A stretch of 63,165 bases of DNA, counting the filler. It is 15 parts of 15 records of this genome, joined end to end, with 100 filler letters (N's around TTAATTAATTAA, not from the genome) between each part and the next. Parts side by side here need not be neighbours in the genome. Positions count along the whole stretch, not along the records: positions 10,398 to 14,080 come from SRR7504441_88814; positions 14,181 to 18,183 come from SRR7504441_88914; positions 18,284 to 24,523 come from SRR7504441_88945; 12 more parts are not named here. The stretch is one strand, 5' to 3'. Shown here in pieces: positions 11,150 to 22,786 of this stretch. Position numbers and translations under genes: made by a program. Within the stretch, counting starts at the first letter, position 1, and every line of letters begins with the position of its first letter. Under the pieces are notes generated by a model. That model was not told where the DNA came from. It ran no database searches and saw nothing but the letters and a program-made list of their open reading frames with translations.

Positions 11150-14080
11150 TTGTCGATTACCGCGGCTGGTTGCGGAATGCCCGTTCCTGACTGTCGACTG
11201 CTGTTTTTCCATTGTCGACAGCCGTTCCAGATTGTCGACTGTCACTTCCTACCTCGTGTTGCGTGCTAGTTAGCTGCATGACACCAGCAAGTACGTCGTG
11301 AAACCAATGAGTCTCAACTGCAATCTGGCACACTCTCATGTTAGCCTCAGTTTGAATCAGCGGACTCACTCGCTCTTGTGTCATCATGACAGAGGACAAA
11401 ACGCTGTCCGCATGCTTAGCCAACGCATCAGCGACAGCCTCGGGCGTGCCAGACTGGATCTTATCTTGGAACCAGGCAGACAGCGCCTGTGACGCGCTTA
11501 GGGCAGCCACTCGGCGTGTCAGACACCTCTGCCTGGTCCAGGTGCTCCGATTCTGGCATCTGCCCGCGCATTGCTTGCATGTGCGCGCTCCTAATGAGTT
11601 GATTGAACGCCTCGCACTGCCCCCCGCGCTCACATTGCCAGCCGACATAAGTCATTGAGCTAATAACGCCACCAAACCGCACCTTCTCTTTCAACTTGGA
11701 GGCATCAAGTGGCGCTGTGTCGCGGACCACTCGCGTGGTGGGCCTTGTCTTGGCTGGCTGCTGTCCCTGACTGGCTGCTGGCCTCACTGGCTGCTCTGCC
11801 TGCTGCGAGGGCTTCTGCCCGTTGCGCACCACAGCTCGACTGGCGTCGACATCTACGCCGGCCTCTATCGCCGCCATGCATGCATTGTACTCCCGGCCAC
11901 ACAGCTCTCGCCACTCGGCCGGGCTCAATTGATTGGGGTCATCTATCGGCTCAGCGCTTGGCTCTTCCCGGCTTGGAGTCTCTGATCCAGCATGCTGCGT
12001 AACTGGCTCAGTGGCTGGCTCGGTGGCTGCCGGCGGCTGCTCGCGCCCTCCCTCGAACCAACGCTCACCCTTGTTCTCCTTCTGCGGCTCATCGCCCCCT
12101 TTGAACCAGCCCGTATCCCCCTGCTGCGGGGTGTTGTCTCCTTTGGCCTGCGGCTGCGGCTCATTACGCCCCTCGAACCAGCCCTTGTCCTCCTTATGTG
12201 GCTTGTCGGCTCCCTTAAACCAGCCCTCATCCTGCTGCTCCGGTTCATCGCGCCCCCTGAACCACCCTTCCTTCTGTTCCTCCGACTGCTCGACAGCTGC
12301 ACCATCTGCACCGCTCCCACTGACTTGCGCTTGGTCGGTGGGCTGATCCGGCTGATCTTCGGTCTGTTCGACCGGCTGGCTCGGAGGTTCAGGCTTGAAC
12401 TTCCAGCCCACCGGCCGGACCCACTGTTCGGCCGCGGCTCGCCTGAGCACCCGCTTGATTGTCTCGCTGGGCAGCGTCCGGAAGAGCACCAGAGCGTCCA
12501 TTAGCGGCCAGTTGGGCAGCTCTGGCTCCACCTGCACCTCAGTCAGCGCACGGGCATGCACGAGCACACCTCGACTACGAACACGAGCGGCTGGAGGATG
12601 CTCCATTTCCACGGCTGGGCCGCGCACAGCTCTAGCGGCACCAACGGTTCCATCGCCAGCACGTCCTCGTCCGAACTGTCGCTCGGCCCTGTAATGAGCT
12701 CTGCCACAGGCACCATCACGATCTTGTCCCCATTCACCACCGGCACGGCCGGCTGGAGCGCCGGCCAATCCTCCCGCTTGGCTTTGAGCCTCCGGAGCGG
12801 AACCAGCGGCTTGTACTGAGCCCAGTTGCACATCTCGGTACCGGCCGCCACCGCCACGGGCACCATCGGCGCGTGCGCACACCACTGATCTGGTTCGAGC
12901 TCGCTGTCCAGCAGTGGCAGGCTGGTGCCGGCCTCCCTCCTGAACTTTGGCAGCCCGGGCGCGTACATGGACCGGTCAGCAAGCATCTCGGCGCCTTCCC
13001 GTGGGGGTGGGCCATTCTGCTCGAGCTTGCGCATCGAGTCGCCTTCGGGCCGCTGGAGCAGCGCGTCGACCAAGTGGACCATCACTTCAGGCCCGGCGCT
13101 GCTCTCACCTCGGGCGCTCGGAGCGTCACACAGCGCAGCGTGAAGGTAAGTCCAGGCGAGCAGCTGCTGTCGCTCCCAGGCCACCTTGGGCAGCGGCTGT
13201 CCGATCGCGTTCCGGGCGAGCCTCCCCTCCTCGGGATAGGTCGACAGCAGCTCGGACAGCCGGTCCAGCTCGCCGCGGGCCGCGCACCCGAACATGTGCT
13301 GCTGGACCACAGAGCAGGCGGCCGGGCGCGGCCGGGCGCGCAGCCGGGCAGGAGATTTCTCGCGGAGCTCTTTGGCCCACATGCGCAGGTCGCCGCCCGC
13401 CAAGGCCGGCGGGGCTCCCGGGCTGTCCTGATCGTTCGAGGGTAGCCTGTCGGACTGTTGTCCTGCCTGCTGGCTGGGTGTTGTGTGCAGAGACCGGAGG
13501 GGCTGACGCTTGGGAACGACGTGGAGCATCGCGAAGTGCAGGAAGGCCAGGATGCTCTGCCGTTGGGCTGGAGTCTCCTGCTGACAGAAGGCCTCCACCG
13601 GGAACTGCGGCCCTGCCCACTCCGGGACCCCGTGCTCCCAGGCTGAGCGGCACTGGATCAGGTTGTCAGTCCAAATGGCCTCGCTCCGACTGACCATCTT
13701 GTTGACGCGCACCGGCTGGTCGATGATCGCCCCGATGAACTCCGCCAGCACCAGTCCGTCGCGCAGCTGGGCCAGCGACTCGATCGGGCTCGCAATGTGC
13801 GAGCAGATCCACTCGAGCACTCGCTGCTCCACCTCGCCGTCGCTCCCACTGGGGTGGCTCGGCCTGGGCTGCTGGGCGGCGGGTGCCCGGCGGTCTTGCT
13901 GGCCGGGGGGTGGGCCTTGGAACCAGCGGGCTTGGCGGATCTCCTGGCAGAAGAGTATGAACTCGCGCTCATCGATCTGCTTGTTGTGGTCGATATCCAT
14001 CTTCTGGAAGACCTCTTCAAACATGCCCTGCGTCTCCTGCCCGATCGTGGTGCTGATCTTGCTCGGGAGCTCCAGCAGCG
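11150..14080 (-). CDS. Multidomain protein (EF-hand, calponin-homology-like, ankyrin-like, GWFxG repeats); multi-exon, 5'-partial, 3' end approximate
   Basis: EF-hand DIDHNKQIDERE; CH-like VLEWI...LRDGLVLAEFI; ankyrin-like AARGELDRLSELL. A 38-nt intron near 12532-12569 joins the 12543..14024 and 11461..12885 frames. Confidence 0.7.
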
Positions 14081-14214
14081 NNNNNNNNNNNNNNNNNNNN
14101 NNNNNNNNNNNNNNNNNNNNNNNNTTAATTAATTAANNNNNNNNNNNNNNNNNNNNNNNNNNNNNNNNNNNNNNNNNNNNCCAGCTCATTTCGCAACGGA
14201 AGTCGATAACCGAC

Positions 14215-15990
14215 ATGAGGAGAGCAGGCCTCAGGTGGGCTGTTCGGTGGCTGGGCGGGCCGCCGCGCAGGCTCGGGTCGGCGCACAACAGGCGGCCACC
14301 ACACAGGCCGTTCCGTGGGACGTGCCCCACCGCCAAGCGGAGCCACGGCCTGGAGGTGGGCGAGGTGGGCGGCCGGGGGCTAGGGCCGGCCGAGCGGCGG
14401 TGGCAGCTGCTTGCCCGGCGGTCGGTGGCCGACTGCATCCGTTGGGTCGGGCTGGGCGGGCAAGCGTTCCAGCTCAGCCGGGCGGCCACTGTGCGAGAGG
14501 CGCTGGCCCAGCTCGACCAGCAGGGCGTGGACTTGCTGCTGGTGTGCGACCCAAGCCCGTCCGCCGCCGCGGTGCCCCCGGCCCGGGGGCGGGGCCAGCG
14601 CGGGCAGGTGCACGGGTACATCGTGCGGCGGGACCTGCTCCACTCCATAACGGAGCTCGATCGTCCGTTGGATCAGCCGGTCACAGCCGTGATGACAGAC
14701 CGCGAGAAGATGGTCTCCGTCGGGCCGGTGCGGCAGCTCTCTGCGGCCCAGCCCAGCCCGGACAGGCCGAGACGCTGGACGTGTGCGGGATGATCATGTC
14801 CGAGACCAGCTTGACCGCGCTCCCTGTGATCGGAGACGGGCAACTCCTGGGGGTCGTCTCTCTTGAGGTGAGTGGCTGGCTGGCTGGGCTGACCAAAGGC
14901 TGCAGAGCATCAACAGGTACATCTGGGGCTCGATCGTGGGCGGCAAGAGCAACTTTGTGCGGCACGTGCTCCCGCGCCGGGGCGGGGTGCGCGAGGTGAC
15001 GCTCCCGTCCAGCTTCTGGCAGCACCTGGTCCTCGACATCGGCGTGCACGCCACGCCGCACCCGAACAAGCAGGTGTCCGAGGACGCATGGTTTGTTACT
15101 TCGCGATCGTACGACGCCATGTACGGCCCGCGCGAGAGGGTGAGCTACGTGGGGATCGCGGACGGCGTCGGTAGCTGGGCGGAGGTGCGGTGCCGGGTTG
15201 AGCCCAGTTGAGCGGGATGCGGCAGTTGGACTTGGACCCTGCCGCCTATTCAACACAACTGATGGCTGCGGCCGAGCACACCGTGAATCAGGCGCTCGCC
15301 GAGGCCAGTCAGCCGGACGGCCAGCCGCGAGCTTACCCATCGCCGCTGGGGGTCCTGGAGCAGGCGTGGAAGCACGTAAGTGAGCAGCGGGTGGCTGGGA
15401 GCGCGACCGCGTGCATCGCGGCGCTCGATTCGCATTCCGAGATGCTGCAAGCAATTAACATCGGGGACAGCGGGCTGTATGTGTTCTCGGCCGGGCAGAA
15501 TATAGAGAAGACTGGGACAATGAAATCTGGGCTGCCACGGGCCGACAGGCTACACATCGTGTACCGCTCGAGGCAGCAACTGCACAGCTTCAATCGTCCG
15601 TTCCAGCTTGGGTGGTTTGAGCGGCATTTGGACAAGTTTGACCAGCCGGAGGACGCCACCGTGATGAATATCCCCGTGTCGGCCGGTGATTTGGTGATTC
15701 TTGCTACCGACGGGCTGTTTGATAACATGGATGAGGAGGTGATGCTTAGTCTGATTCATGAGTGGCACGCCCGCAAGGATGACCGGCACCGGCCTGCCAG
15801 CAGCGAGGAGCTGGCCCGCGTGCTGGTGGAGAAGGCGCAAGAGCTCTCGATGGACAAGAGCGTCGACTCGCCGTTCGCCAGGCTGGCCAAGGAGAATGAT
15901 ATAATGTGGAGTGGAGGGATGCCTGACGATATCACAGTGATATGCATGCAGGTCGTCCAGTCGGCCCCGACCTCGCTGGCCACCCCTTGA
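14215..15990 (+). CDS. CBS-domain + PTC7-type PP2C phosphatase fusion, probably organelle-targeted; at least 3 introns
   Basis: CBS pair (TVREALAQL...GYIVRRDLL...VTAVMT; LPVIGDGQLLGVVS), then PTC7 motifs EDAWF, GIADGVGSW, GSATAC, NIGDSG, HSFNRPFQL, ATDGLFDN, GGMPDDITV. 38-41 nt GT-AG introns join the frames. Confidence 0.85.
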
Positions 15991-16254
15991 TCCACCCTTG
16001 ATCGCACTTTTTAAACATGATGACACGTGATTCATTAGTGATTCATCACATCGCATGAATCAAATAATTATTGTGCACATGTAAAAAACAATTGAGCAAA
16101 GGGTAAGCTCATGATTATATCATGATTAGATGTGACGCTTGGAAGGCACTAGCATGCACTAGATACTAGTATCACTTGATATCTATAGCTGTGGATTTAT
16201 GAATTTGTTCAAAGAGTTAACAAAAGTTTTGAAAGCATTACTTCAGCCATGTAG

Positions 16255-18156
16255 CTAAGGATTCTCGGCCTCCCACTTGGCTTGAAACTCAGCTGCTTCT
16301 TCCTCTTTCCTACGGGCTGTGTCCTTTTGCGTCCAATCCATTGCCTTGGTTACTTTCTGATTCCATGGAGTTGCATACTGCGACATATCAAGTGGCTCAA
16401 AACTCGGAGGTGAATCCTTTGCAACCTCTGCATCAACAATCTTCTTCACCTGCCCACATTCAGACCTGTAGAAAGAGTTAACAACAATACCTGCTTCGCG
16501 TCCTTTGCCAGCCGTTTCATTTTTTCAATACGCACAGACATCTCCTCCTTTGCTTTCTTCCTCCGTCCAAGTGAGGTAATCTGATCTTCATCGTTTGTTT
16601 TCTGTTCAATCGCAAGATCAGAGACGCGTGCCTGGAGCATTGTGCTCTTTTCCTTCGCCTTATCCCTTGCCGCCCTCATATCCGCAAGACTCTGATCTAG
16701 ACTCTCTCCCTCCTCCTTATTTTTCTGCTTTTTCGCCATTGCCTTTGCTATCTCCTCAGGATCTTCTGCTTCCGGAGCTGCTGCGGCGTCCTCGCGCTCT
16801 TTTTGTATCTTCTCATTGTGCCTGTTTAGCTTGTCTGCAGCCAATACCACATCATTCTCTGCTTTAGAAAGATCTCCTTTTGACTCTGTGAATGCTCCTT
16901 GTGCGTTCCGCAGAGCGTCCACAAGACTTGAAGCCCGTCGCTTCGCATCTGAAGCTTTAGCATCGAATCGTGCTATAGTTGTCTTGTCTGCACGTAGCTT
17001 TTGCTCTGTCCCTTGAGCCTCCTTCTTGATCTTGTCTGCATTTTGTGCTAATTTTACGATTTTACCCATGTCTCTGTGATTGTACTCGTATTCTCCCCAG
17101 AACTGTTCAAACTTTTTATTCAGTTTGTCTTGCTCCCGATGCAGCGATATATCTCCGGGGTCGCCATTCTCGTGCGTGCGGGCAGGCTTCTCAAAGTAGT
17201 TCCATTTGTCATCATAATCCAGCTTGATGAATGTTCGGGCGCATTCGCCAGTAGCTTCCTTGAAGGAATAGCCTCTGCACTGGGAGACTGCCACAGAAGT
17301 GAGCGCAAAACACTAGGGAGTGTCACCCTGACTACAAGACAGCTCGCACTCTTCTTTAGTCTGATCCAAGGCCCGCAGGCCAGCAGATGCATCTTGATAC
17401 AGGCCAGGATACATCGCATATTTCACCGCGCCATCTGCACCGATGCTCAGAAGCTATCACAGCTCTAGGGACTCACGATGGTTTTGACCGGTCTTTGCAT
17501 AAAAAGTCGAGTCCGAGCTGTACTTCAGCGATTTCTTAGAAATCAGACAGATCTGCTCCGCTTCGTTGTAACTGAAGGACCGGCATTCACGATCTGCACC
17601 CGGTAGTTCAGCGACCGCACACAGATCGGCGTCTGTAAAGCACCTATGGAGCAGCTGATCTGGCAGGCGTCGGCGTTGTGCATGTTGGAGAGAGTCCGGG
17701 TTTCCTCCCGGAGCACCAGGCCCCTCACTTTAGAGAATTCCATGAGCTCCTCTGCACGACACAGCCAAGCGCCTCAGCGAGCCCAACCCCGGCCCATGCA
17801 CCTTCAGTCGGCGCCTCTGACAACTTCTTGATCAGGAACCGGTTGCGGGTCCGCAGCTTTTCGTGCAGCTCCTGGAAGGCCGCCATGATCCGCTTGGCTT
17901 CCCGGTTCAGATCAGACCGCGTGGTCGTGCTCCGATCGGCCGACGGGGGCTCGATTTTGGGCAGGGAGGAGGCCACGTCCTTGGCCAGGGTGCTAATCTC
18001 GTCCGAGGCGACCTGCTGGGCGCCGTCGTCAACAGGGGCCCCGGTTTGGATGAGGGCGAGGGTCTCGTGCAGCTCCGTCTCCCGCGCCGCGTACCCGGAC
18101 GGCACCCCCAGACTGAGCAGCACCGCGACGAGCGCCGGGCTGAACGAGACTCCCAT
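16255..18156 (-). CDS. Secreted protein with two PAN/Apple-like modules and a long coiled coil; about 5 introns
   Basis: Signal peptide. Spliced CQISCSIDRECRSFSYNE...C and CELSCSQVSQCRGYSF...C. Heptad-rich C-terminal half. Confidence 0.7.
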
Positions 18157-18283
18157 CTCGCTCTTGTGATTCAGCTCACCAACNNNNNNNNNNNNNNNNN
18201 NNNNNNNNNNNNNNNNNNNNNNNNNNNTTAATTAATTAANNNNNNNNNNNNNNNNNNNNNNNNNNNNNNNNNNNNNNNNNNNN

Positions 18284-18709
18284 CAGACCGTCAGCAGGCG
18301 AACACAAACGGAGACGTAGTAGGTGTGATGGCACCAGAAGCGGAGGACGAAGAAGTGACGTCGGTACACCTTCAGGCCAGAGCGGCACGTCTGACTGGCT
18401 ACAGGTGCTCTCTCCACACCAAGAAGAGCACGCCGAACTAAAGTTCAACGACCTGGATAAGGACGGAAGCGGATTCATAGAGGTGCCTGCCCAATCCAGG
18501 TGCTGAACTGAACTCTGTATTGGCAGTTCAAGGAGCTGAAGCCTGTGCTCAAAGACCTAGGACTTGATGTAAAAAAACTGCAGCCCGTGCTCAAGAAGCG
18601 CTTCAAGGAAGTGGACGTTGACGGGGATAAACGTCTCGACTACGACGAATTCCTCAAACTGTACAACTATTTATACGTGCATAACCTCTCGGAAGACGAC
18701 ATAGCATAG
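18284..18709 (+). CDS. EF-hand protein, 3' fragment (44-nt intron at about 18483-18526)
   Basis: DLDKDGSGFIE|FKEL and DVDGDKRLDYDEF EF loops after splicing; stop at 18707-18709. Confidence 0.75.
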
Positions 18710-18940
18710 GTGCAATTATATCTAGTCCTGTCTACGGAGTATCTACGGAGCTGATAGAGCTGATACGGAGCTGACAACCATAGATCTAGGTGAGCCCAGT
18801 AGGTATTAGGTAGGTATGAATTATCATGTAGATGAAAGAAACTAAAAGAATTCACCGTAAAATGCTGCTCGAAATGAAACAAGTCATGGTCTAGAATGCA
18901 TTCTATAGTAAACCATAGCGGATCGATGCGCTTCCAACTG

Positions 18941-21435
18941 CTAATCCAGCTTGATTTCAGAGTAAATCTTGTGAAGAAACATCAGCGTAGCTTGATAGCC
19001 AATTGTACCGGTCAGAATGAAGAAGACAAACGATATGATCAGATTGTAACCAAAGTACAGGAACATGCTAAGCGTCTTCGATATGTCCAGCTGCGAATGG
19101 TAGTAGAAAATCGAATAGAGGAACACATGTACAGCACACGAGCCAGATGTCAGGAAGGAGCGCCACCACCAGTGGTAGTCGCCGTGGCATAGATGCAGAT
19201 AGCACAGCACGATGCACACCTGTGTGCTGGGTGAGCGGGCACACTCAGAGAATGTGCACCTCTGCGCAGGTCACAGTGAGAATTACAAACACCAGAAGCA
19301 TGAAACCAAACACATAGTAGTAGTGCCTGCCGCAATTGAGCTGCAATCGAGCCAGCCTGCCACCTGAGCCAGATAGAGGAGAGCACGAAGTAGAGTTCAA
19401 TAAATATCGCCCCAAACGGGAGGATACCTCCACAGAAGATCGTAAAGAGAGGGTGGAAGTACCACGCCTACACGGCTCAGTCAGTCAGCGCCGGGGCAGG
19501 GGGGGTACATTCTCTGGGACGATCCTTGGGATGTTGTTGACGCGGCACGGGTGGTCGACCTTCTCCCTCTTGGACGCAAAGTAACCCCCGAGGTATGCTA
19601 GCGGCGCATGAATGCCCAAGTACATCAGCAACATCTTGCACATCGCTGAGATCGGCACAGAGCCAGACGAGCCCTGGGAGAGCAGGGCTAGGTCCAGCAG
19701 GAAGAACATGCCGAAGACAATTGAAGGGGACAGGAAGGCCGCCCATAAAGTGTTCTGCTGCCAGTCCTTCCCGCCCACCATCTTGTAGTTCCGTACTGAG
19801 AAGTACCTGGCCGCCGGCTCAGTGGACCGCCTGATGGCCTGGGCACCCTGAGGATGTGCCCATCAGCACGAAGGTGAGCATCATGGCCGTCATCAAACCA
19901 CCGCGATGCGCCGGCGATACAAACCCTGCCCAACCTCACGCTAGCTCGACTCCAGGCAGCACCGAGTGTTGCAAAGACCAGCATTGTAGACAGCGTGAGG
20001 AACAGCTGCGTGCCAGTGCCCACCAGCGCCGAGAGCAAATTGGCGAACTCGGGCGGCCTGAACACGTCGGCGTGCACGAGCTTCCAACCAGTCTCCTCGC
20101 GGCCCTCTTCCTCGAAATCAATCTGCGCCGGCGTCACGCAAAGGCACGGCGCAGGCGCGCCTCGTTGTACGCCGTGATGTCGCTGTTAAGGGTGCGCAGC
20201 ATGATCACGCCCACCATACCTGCCGCACTTTTTGAGTGTCGGAGCACCGGCTGCGGCACCCGATAGGAAGAAGACAGTGACGAGCGAATTGAAGACAGAG
20301 AACCAGTGGACTTGGTCATCAGTGACCAGCAGGTACATGTCCCACCGGGAGGTCCAGCGGGTCTCACTCTCGACCCAAACGATATCGTAAGTCCACACCT
20401 ACCCCTCGATAATCGGCCACTGCACAGAGTCTGGACTCGCACCACTTCTGTGCTCCCCTGGCTTACGGCGCTGGCCTTCTGTGGGGGCATTCCATGCCGG
20501 ACTGGGCTGAGCGGCCGGCAGGTGCTCAGCACGTTGTTGGTGTTGTCGTCGCCGCCGTGCCACCTGTGGCAGAGTGTCAGGCGACTGGGCTTCAGCTGCA
20601 GCTTGCCTCTTATACTCATGCTTGATACTAAACGGCTCAGCTTCAAAGGCCACGATCCTCGCCCCGGGCTTCCCCTGCTGTTTGTGGTACCGCACCTGGC
20701 CGCTGATCAGACCGGCCCTCCCCCCGCCGGCACCGTCAGTCGCACGTGATTGTTGATCACAGCTTCGCCTCCGGTAGTGCTGGGCAGACCGTTGTGTTTG
20801 TGTGTTCCGACCATGTTTCCAATGTCGTACCCGCGCTCGTAGGCGTACGTGCCGCCCTCCGGGCTCGTAGGCTCGCTGTCGTAGGCTGTCGTAGAGCCGG
20901 TGCCTTCCACCTCGACGCGAGTGGCCACCGGTAGATTGTCCAGCACCCAGTACGCTCGGTACGACTCCTTTATCTGCACCGGCGCCGTCGGCCGCCGGCC
21001 TGGCGGCCAGCGGGGCACCATCTCCTCGAATCGGGCCATCTCAGCGGTCGAGTACCTGAGAGATGCCTCAGCGGACCGGCGCGGGGGTGGCGCACGATCG
21101 CTTGCACAGGATCTGGCAGGCGATGTCTTTCTCAAAGAAGAGTTCGTACGGCGACTCCTCGATCCGGTCGCCGCGCAGCGAGGCGCCGAGGTGCTGGGTG
21201 ATTGCCCGGGACGTCTTGGGCTGGCAGAAGGGCAGCTCGTAGTAGGGGTAGGGGATCTGGCCCTGGGTGAGCTGTGCCGGGCCGGGCCGGTCGCCTGGGT
21301 TCTGACCGAGTCCATCCGGGCCACGTTGAGCGGCACCTTGTCGCCCACCTCCCAGTTGCGCGGGAGCACCCCCGGCAGCGCGTAGAATCCAGCCTGGACT
21401 GTCCAGGGCAGCAGCAGCGCGGCCGTAAGCTTCAT
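18941..21435 (-). CDS. TM9SF: Transmembrane 9 superfamily (nonaspanin/EMP70) protein; about 13 introns
   Basis: Spliced motifs [65 protein letters not shown] and C-terminal IYSEIKLD. Confidence 0.95.
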
Positions 21436-21533
21436 TGTCGAAGAGTCCGGACTTTGCAGTGTTTTCTTTTTCTTTTCTCCAGTCAGTCCAGACCAGCTGG
21501 CACTGGTTGGCAGTGCCCGAGGCCGCTGTCGGG

Positions 21534-22587
21534 ATGAATCCGATCGAGAAGGAGAGGCTGGCCGCGCTGGAGAAGCAGCGCAAGTTCGAGCAGCGCAAGC
21601 GGGTGCCCGCCCTGGGGTGCAGGCGGGCAGCGGGTAGCAGGAGCGGGAGGGTCTTGCCGCGTATAGCGCCTCCCAGGCCACTAAGGCGAAGCACGCCGCA
21701 AACGCCAAGGCGCCCCGCACCGGCCCGGGGGAGCTGCTCAGCCGGGCGGGGCAGAAGCCCAAGAATTCCCTGGTGAAGCAGGTGGTCGACTGGCTCCGGC
21801 AGGTGGGGCCGGCCCGGAGCCTGCAGGCCAGCCCCAGGGACAGCAATATGACACTAGCGCCCGGGAATACATGAGCTTGAGCGCCTCGAGGATCCGGGAC
21901 GAGACCATTGACCAGATCGACATCGAGGCGCTGGGGATTTTCGGCACGCTGAGCAAACACGAGCGAGTGCAGTTCGACGCGGGAAGCTTCGCGTATAAAG
22001 TGCGCCCGGGACGGGGCCAGCGGCCAACTGGGGCGCAGCCGCGGTTCGGAGGGGTGGGGACGGCGGGTGAGATCCTGACGTTGCTCAAGGAGAACAGGGA
22101 TGGCTTGTTCCAGCAGGACATCGAGACCTGCTACCCAGCCGCTCAAGTCAAAGAAGACATTGAGGGGCTATTAGAGGCGCGTGAGGTACACAAGGAGGAC
22201 AACAAGGAGCTCAAGCAGGCCAGTCCGCCGGCCGATTGGGTCCGAGCGGCCGGAGCAGGTTGTGCTGTTTCGGACCGAGGCTGGGGATAGGAGGCCGGAT
22301 CACGTGTCTGAGGATATTAAAAGCTTGTGGTTTGACGTAACAACCGAGCCTTCACTGCGGCGGCTGACGGGTGGGACAGCTGGGCGGCCAGATGCCCAAG
22401 ACGGAGAAGGACTTGACCAACGAGCTGTTGAGGGCCAAGATAAGACCCATCAAGGTCACAGGGCCTCCCTGCCAGGCTGAGCCGGGATCGGCAGCAAAAG
22501 CAATTAGCCCCGACAACGGTAGAGCGCGGCCGTGGGAAGGGGAGGGGGCGCAAGAGGGGCAGGGGTAGCCGTGGGGCCTATTTGTGA
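21534..22587 (+). CDS. GTF2E2: General transcription factor TFIIE beta subunit; about 7 introns
   Basis: Spliced KQVVDWLR, L..HERV.FD..FAYK|P, GLF..DIETCY, VSEDIKSLW and a basic C-terminal tail match the TFIIE-beta layout. Confidence 0.75.
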
Positions 22588-22786
22588 CAAACAGTGATGC
22601 TTTACTTGTGTCAGTGCTTTCATCCTAGCTTTATTTAGAACTAACGATCGATTACATCAGTACTAATGATCATGAAACTTCAGTGGTCCTGTAATGTTAC
22701 TGATCATGACTGCGCGTCGGGCGTCGACGCGGGTATCACTGATTTGTCAGTACCGTACTACCGTACTATCCTAGTATAGCTTACTC

